A DNA stretch of 64,000 bases from Chrysomallon squamiferum (Eukaryota; Animalia; Mollusca), in the NCBI GenBank assembly GCA_012295275.1, contig CM022665.1, positions 15,438,001 through 15,502,000 on the forward strand, in the 5' to 3' direction. A program made the translations under genes and the position numbers. Shown here piece by piece: positions 55,901-64,000 of the stretch. The notes beneath the pieces are model-generated. The model did no database searches. It was not told where the DNA came from and saw only the letters and a program-made list of their open reading frames with translations. How positions within the stretch are numbered: the stretch's first letter is position 1; each line of letters begins with the position of its first letter.

Positions 55901-56515
55901 GTCAAGACTCACGAGTACTGATCAGACAAAATCTACAAGACACATTTACTTAAAACTTCCGTTAGCATTCATGCATATATCTATTGCTTGTAAATCTACA
56001 TAGAAAACGAATTGAACAAATTAAATTTAAAAAAAGAAGAAGAAGAAAAGGATTCTTTAGATTAATCCAGTTTCGTCCTGTAAAGGTCTGTTTGCACTCA
56101 TCTTTCCAGAGAGTTTTGTTTATTATAATTATTTTTTAATGTTCGACCGTCATGACGTTATCATGTTATTTTACGTAACAGTCGACTGGCCTGAACTTGT
56201 GAGCCTAATAAATTATATCACCTAAATTAAACTATTCCCAGAAGTAATCTGTATACGTTTGTACAAAAAAAAAAAAAAAAAAAAAAACTCAGTCTAGATG
56301 CATTTCCTCTCTGCTAGTAAATAATGGTATGTTTTATTTCTGATTTATGAACACCGTACAGTTCGGTTCTCTGTTTACAGACGGAATTCAAACATTAAAT
56401 GAAACTGAATTAAAGAAAAAAAAATTGTGGGATTATAATGGAGATACAAATTGCAGTCTCTAACTGTATCAGTTTCACGGAGATAATTAATTGCAATAAT
56501 GGCTGCTTAGCCTTG

Positions 56516-56547
<32 letters not shown>

Positions 56548-57198
56548 TACATACATACTGCAGTTTTCGTCGACCCTTTTAAATTTATAAAAAATATCCT
56601 AATGTAATATCCATTCAGATAAATATGTAACAAAACATTACTTTTTATCTTAGAAAACTTGTAGGAAAAAAACACATTATTTTTTAGTAAGGCGACTAAA
56701 CCTTAAATAAATGTATTCGTTTCTCAATTTTTATGTTTAAAAATTATCATTTGCTTCCTTCAGCTAAAATATTCAGTGTTTCTTAATTTTCGAAGAAACT
56801 GAAAAATATAATTCGTTTCCTTTATCTAAACTGTAACAGAAGCGGTCTAATACAATTTAGTGTCCTAAACCTTTGTCCCTGGCTCGAACGTTAAAATAAC
56901 CATCTGTGATAAAGATAAATAGTGTGTGTGAAAGAAAATTCGGCCTATGAATTACTGTAGCAGGTTGCAGCTGTGAAAATATGACACGGTATCTTATTAT
57001 GGGCAGGCCAAATAGTTTTACTTTTTCTCCTTGCAGTTGGGCAAACAACTTGATGTGCGTTATACTTCGTCGTTATTTGGATTTAATATTTCCGGCCATG
57101 AAATAAAAACAGAAAAGCATTTGTTTCACTAAGATGGAGTCAGACAAGGGCACGTTCTTTTTCACCACCCGAAACATAATTTCGTTTTCTTTCTTTTG

Positions 57199-57301
<103 letters not shown>

Positions 57302-57469
57302 TTTCTCACACCTTCCGAATGTATGTAAATAGAAAATAAAAGAGCGTTAGTTTAAGCTTAATTTAGCTGTATTTGATGGTAAATATCGAAAGTTACTGCT
57401 TCTGTAATCTTACACGACGCCGGATGCATATACAGGTGACACCTTTAATCCGCAACATAGAATTATCTG

Positions 57470-57870
57470 CGCGTGACGCTAATCCCAGCATACTATTCTA
57501 GCAGATATACGTGAGAAAAAATATCACGGTGGGCGACGTCATCTTGCCTGAAGGGTCTGTCGCCAAGAAAATGGACAGATGATGATAGGTTCTTCCCCGT
57601 GAATGACTCTTCAGACTGGAAAACAAAACAGAGGGGATTTTGAAGCATTCGCCACGTCACATAACATGTTCTTATCGTTCTATAAGAAAGTGGATTAAAT
57701 ATGACGGCCTGCTGGTGACAAAGAAGCCACTTCACTAGATGTGATGTCATACTTTGATCCACCGAGTGGCTTAGCCAGAGAACTCCGCTACCATTTTTAC
57801 ACCGTGTGACGTCACTTCGTAGATATTCAGTTACGTCATGCCTGGAAACCACCGGATAACACGTCATATA
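57470..57870. promoter_or_regulatory. Cluster of CRE/ATF-type (TGACG-core) motifs, candidate enhancer
   Basis: GTGACGCT 57473, CGACGTCA 57534, GCCACGTCA 57651, TGACG 57702, TGATGTCA 57742, GTGACGTCAC 57806-57815, TTACGTCA 57831, CACGTCA 57860. Confidence 0.45.
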
Positions 57871-58311
57871 CTGGGACTTGTTTGTGTCGACTTCAGATCA
57901 GGTTGAGATTAGAAGACGGAGTAAAATCTTGATTGTGGTCAAGTAGTGTAGAAGATAACAAGTGGGTCTGGTGCTGGATGTATTGCAGTTGAGGTTTTTA
58001 GGAGTTTGTTTGTTTAAATTTTGTTTTGTTTTATATACAATTGTATCAGTAATCAAGTTATTTGTTTGTCATACTTGTTGTAATGTTAAATGTCTCAGAG
58101 ATTACACCTCCATCCTCCAGTGAGCCAATATCAGATTGGTTTTTTTTCTTCAACTTCTCAGCGCTCCACTGAATTTGTTGCCTTTGCAGTTATTTCACGT
58201 CATTACAAATGTGATCGTCATCGGCGTCGTGGTCGTGGTCGTCGTCATTATCCACCATTTTTATTTTTTATTTTTAAAATGAAAAACATTTTTAACAACG
58301 ACAACGATAAG

Positions 58312-58349
<38 letters not shown>

Positions 58350-58708
58350 ATGTGTATATGTATATATATAATTATATATGTATAGAAGAAGGGGTAAAAA
58401 AATAATAGAGGAACAGCCTCAGGGCATGTTCAAGTGAAAGTACTGTACTATGCTAAGAATTACTAACTATTAACTCACTCAGCGAAGCGTAAAGTTGATT
58501 AAAAAACATTCCCTAGTGAATCATGTAGGTCTGTTAATGTAAGAGTTATACTGTTGAGAAAAACAATGCCAGTCTTCTCAGCCCGTTGTTCTTTGGGGAA
58601 TAATAAACTATACGACATCTATATTGTATATCTTCATACTGCTGAAAGAAAAGAAAAGAAAAAAAAAAAAAAAAAAAAACAGACAGAAAAATTCACAATG
58701 CCACTTGC

Positions 58709-58753
<45 letters not shown>

Positions 58754-59087
58754 CATAATAATAATAACCGAAAATAAATAAATAAATTTATAAAATAAAT
58801 AAATAAATAAATCAAAGATTTTGCTTTACATGTGTGTTTTCCTCTTAGATAGGATTCTGTGCTGCCAGTTTAAAATGATACAGTTTGCATGTGATAGTCA
58901 CATGAAATTTTTCATTCGTGGAAATGTGCCAAGTACAGAGTACTTGCTCTTCAACTTAAGAGCGGTCAATAAGTTTATATGATGATTATGTATAAATGAG
59001 ATCACGATTTCATTGTCATGACTTCTAATTATATATATACGTGCATACACACACACACACACACATACATACATCTACATATATATT

Positions 59088-59140
<53 letters not shown>

Positions 59141-59500
59141 CCCCTGTGTCATAAGTAAGATATTTACACTATCTACACTTTATTATGCCTTATTATTATC
59201 AGCTGGTACAAAAAGGATGAAAAAAATCTTATTTACAAATATAATTACACACTTTTCTACTTTTTACATTAACTTTCCCACATGTTTCACCAGGGAAAAA
59301 ATTTCCTAATCCAGTGTTACGTTTCGCTGGCCAAGATAATAACTTGTAAATTTTTGTATTCTTAATAGGCCAGCGAGAATCAGTAATGTTTTTATCAGAT
59401 GTACAACTGAGAAAAATTTTAATGTGCTTTTTATATTTGTTATTGCTGAAGGCAATGCTGTGTATCAGTAGCTTGAAATTATATTGATTAAAGATACCTT

Positions 59501-59700
<200 letters not shown>

Positions 59701-60284
59701 ATACAGATTACTAATCTGCACCCAGAACAGAAACATCAACTAATTTAGAAATATAATCTTGCTGGTTATTTATAATCATGTAAATATATATATGTGTTAC
59801 ATGCCACTTACTAATGTTATAAACAAACGAACAAATTTGAGCTCGAAAGCACTTTTACATACATTACTTATTGTCTGGTGTTTTCGTTTCAGGTAACTAT
59901 AAAAAAACACCTTTTAAATTCTGCATTTCCATAACCCAGCATTTATTTTCAAGAAAGAAAAAGAAAAGACCATCAGTATCATGCTTCAGAGATCAAAGGT
60001 TAAATTTTAAAATATTTCCTTGAGGTGTAATGCTTACGATACATCAACAATTTACGTGTTAAAAGCGATTAATTGTAGAGACGGTGAAACGTACCCCCAA
60101 TCAATTTGGAGAAGAAATATACTGAACAGACACTTAGATACTGCGATATCTGTTTCAAAACACACTTCACGTTGAAAGGTAAGCCCAGAGTTAATGTGCT
60201 AAACAGCATTATATTACAAATACCCATACGTAAATTTCTTTCTGTTTCAACTGGTTGATTTTAGTGAATTTTTCTTTTTCTTTT

Positions 60285-60286
<2 letters not shown>

Positions 60287-60348
<62 letters not shown>
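60287..60348. repeat. Poly-T run (~62 nt)
   Basis: Direct reading; homopolymer length may be assembly-dependent. Confidence 0.9.
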
Positions 60349-60352
<4 letters not shown>

Positions 60353-60465
60353 ACACATCTACGACGTGACGGTGAGCGATCTCATTTCAAAAGGTCATTG
60401 TTGTGACGTTGACAGCTTCGATAGAAAAATACTTTTTAGCGAAATCGGCAGCAGCATGGTCACCG

Positions 60466-60502
<37 letters not shown>

Positions 60503-61402
60503 CGTTTGGTAATGGTTAATTGTGCATAACGTTAGCTAAAAGCCACGTGTAAATGATTTATGCTATTAATAGGGTGTGCGTGTATTGAATAGTCATGAAT
60601 GAATGCACTCTTTGATTTGGTGACAAAGTAATAATGACGTATGATTTAAGTATTTCACATAACTGCATAAATTTAGTTCCTTTCCTTCGTAAAACTGACG
60701 CTTTCGGTAATATTTCTATCTGACCGCCTTGATACTGCAATACGCGCGAAGATGAGCATGTTTTAACTTCAGTTAAACCTGGTAACATTTTTTTTTTTTT
60801 TATATCAGTTCTCACAGGCCACACATTAAGTACGAACTTCCAGAGACGATATCTGAGTTTCGTGGTCTTGCATTTTAAAACAATAACTCATATATATACG
60901 TAATGTATGTATCTATGCATATGTATCAGATAATGCTGATTATTCTACCACGGAATCATTACTGGTTCTGAGGGAAGAATTTTTTCCAGGCACCGACTGT
61001 AAACGCGTGGAAAAGAACGGCCTAACCAACGAGTGACTGGGTTTTTGTTCCCATCCAAAGAAAATAAAGTATCTTGTAGCAACAGATAAAATCCTATATT
61101 AATTTTCATTATTCAGCGATATCGTTATTTAACAGACGATAGCTAGTATAGCAGAGCAGTGACGTATATTATCAGGATGAGACAGATACAACTTTTATCG
61201 TTTCTTACTGCTGTGTGTATAGAAACGTTATTCACTGCAAAAATGGTTATACATTGTGCAAGATATCTGATTTGCTATACAAAATCAGCAATAAATTACC
61301 AATAAAAACATCAAAAAAATCAACACACACAAAATAAAAAAATAAAAACAAAATAATAATAATAAAAAAATAAATAAAAAAAATAAAACAAAATAATAAG
61401 AA

Positions 61403-61465
<63 letters not shown>

Positions 61466-61975
61466 AAATAAATAAATAAATAAATAAAAAAATAATAATA
61501 AAAAATAAACAATTACAAAGCCAACCGAGTAATTTTAAAACCCTGATGAAAGATGTTGTAACTGATATGGCCAAGTTCTCAGCTTTCTTTACATAAGAAG
61601 CAAGTATTTATTTCAAGTGTCCTGTAATTTATTGTTACAGAATAATGTTAGCAACCGATTACTGTGAAACGTAAGCTGATAAATGACATTACTCACACAG
61701 TTAGCTACCTGTAATTATGTGTGTCTTTTATTTCATAACAACAGCAGTCCCAGTCTCAACTACAGATTAAGCAACTGCTTGTGGTGCTGTGGTAAGCCAC
61801 TCATGGTCCCAAGGATCGATATGCTTCAGTCCATCTACTCAGTTTTGACCAGTTCCAGATTAAATTCAAATAGATGTTTTGATATGGAAGAGATTGCTGC
61901 AGAAGAGATGTGGTCTTTATATAGACAGAGAAACTAAAATTAATATAAAAATTATTTTCTTTCATACTGTCTTCT

Positions 61976-62082
<107 letters not shown>

Positions 62083-62994
62083 AGCCGATTCTCTTTTTTT
62101 TGCTCTACGCATCTCTCTCTTTTGCTCTTTCGCTCTGTCTCTATCTATCCATCTATCCATCTATCTATCTTTCTGACTGTCTTTCTACCTATCTTTATCT
62201 CTCAGAATATCTAGTAGGGATGTATTCTGTTAGGATAACCACGGATTAAATCTAGTATAAGTAATTCTCAGAAGATGGTATGACTATTTTGCATCAGCTG
62301 CTTATTGTATCGTATTAAATAAAAACATCAGTTTGAATATCTTCCTGGGATATCTCTACACTTACACCTCCAGTTTTCAGAATAATGTTATCTTCACGAA
62401 CATCCAGTTATAATGTCAGTCTGACGTAAATCATACAACAGGCTACAAAATGTTTTATTTTCTTTTCACTTTTGTCATGATTTTAGTCAGTTTCAATTTA
62501 TTATTGTTGTTGTTGTTGATGCTGTTGTTGTTGTTGTTATTATTATTATTAATATTTAATTCATACAAAGTAAAATCTGCATAATATCAACCTCAGCACA
62601 TTTCAGTCAGACGATTTTTCTTCTTCTTCTTCTTTTCTTCTTGCACGATAAAAACTGCAGTGGAAATTTAAAAGTAACAAAACCTACATCATATTCAAAG
62701 GAAAAAAACATCTGTTTTATACTGGGATAAGAAGATGCTTTAATGACTGGGTTATCAGCGAGGAACGTGAAAATGTAATCTTAGCGGTCCTGTGGTATCA
62801 GATTATTGTCGGGGTAGATGTAGGTTAACAAGTTTGATCTTAAATCTGGAGAACGGATGACGCCGAGATAGGATGACTGTGACAGACGACAGTATCTTTT
62901 TTGTTTCCCGCCAAAAGAATAACTCATAGGTGGGTCCTGAAGTGAGTGTACCCTGCGCTTCCTCAACTGCAAAATATTTACTGTTCTATTCTAT

Positions 62995-63033
<39 letters not shown>

Positions 63034-63334
63034 TTATTTTTTTATGACTGTGGGTTGCTAGGTGGTTTTTTTCGTATATAACGTCAGTTACAAAGGCATG
63101 TTGTACCCTCTTTTCTCCAGTTTACATCCGCCCCTGCTACTGATCTTTGAGTATTTTGTTTTCTCACGATTTCTCACCACTGATAGTTTTAATGTTGTCA
63201 CAGTGAAGTGGATGATGTCGTTAGAATGACTGATGTATTTATGTCTTGTTTAACTTGAAGTATGCTGACCTATACTACCTGTCACAAACCAGTATATTAG
63301 TATGTGAGTATGTAAGTATGTATGTGTGTGTATG

Positions 63335-63378
<44 letters not shown>

Positions 63379-63530
63379 AAGCATATTTGCCTGTTTTACT
63401 AACTTGTCATAGAAAACAGATTGCTTATTAATTTGCAGGTGTTGAAATGACAAAGTAAATTTAATCAATCAAATTATGTCAGTAACATGTTGATGTCTAT
63501 AGCCTGTGGCGGTAATTATATAAAACAGAG

Positions 63531-63635
<105 letters not shown>

Positions 63636-64000
63636 TGGAATTAGCGATCGAGAGAGGGATGAATAAAGAGAGGTACTGAAACAAGCAGATAGTATATAGA
63701 TTAAGGGTATTAATAAACTGCAGGTATGTATTATCGAAAATATCGCACTTTCAAAGTTCATCAGGAGAGATAAAATGTAAAGATCAAAAGAGGTTTCATT
63801 TAACACACTGTTATGACTGTACGACAGTTAGGTAACGACTAGCTAACACTATATCGCTGTTTGTGTATTACGTTACGTTCTGAGTAGAATTTTACCACTG
63901 TTTATCGACAACAAGCTTCAAATTGTCAAAGAGGCTGAGTAAAAGAAATGTTAAGTGCAAATAGGTGTGGGGATATCACCATAGTGTTTATGTTTGAGAA

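Noticed and set aside
63121-63143. Strong acceptor (CCCTCTTTTCTCCAG at 63120) as spondin exon 2; phase 1 begins V-Y-I-R
   Set aside because: Frame closes after VYIRPCY (TGA) and no reeler motifs appear in any frame. At most a cryptic or poison exon.

Overview
This is eukaryotic (animal) genomic DNA: AT-rich, very microsatellite-rich and almost entirely non-coding. An invertebrate, possibly a mollusc or other lophotrochozoan, is my inference from the spondin sequence and repeat landscape. Nearly all ORFs in the supplied track are translations of simple repeats. The one convincing coding segment is the first coding exon of a spondin-1/F-spondin-like gene (+ strand, ~39466-39670). It encodes a signal peptide plus the start of the reeler domain and ends at a canonical phase-1 GTAAGT donor. 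A GC-box/CCAAT promoter-like region lies just upstream. I found no exon 2, so the remaining ~24 kb is probably intron and the first ~39 kb probably intergenic. Other supported elements: two diverged copies of one tRNA-derived SINE, a tRNA-Met-like pseudogene/SINE head, a 27-bp minisatellite with higher-order structure and ~20 CACGTG E-boxes, a 1.7-kb satellite with no G on the + strand, several degenerate minisatellites and duplications, and a dense CRE/ATF-site cluster inside the presumed intron. The most interesting but speculative leads are a possibly bidirectional spondin promoter with a divergent signal-peptide-like exon, and a candidate 5'UTR mini-intron that switches uORFs. No CRISPR array, rRNA, intact tRNA, transposase or prokaryotic system is supported. 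All alignments and counts were made by eye.
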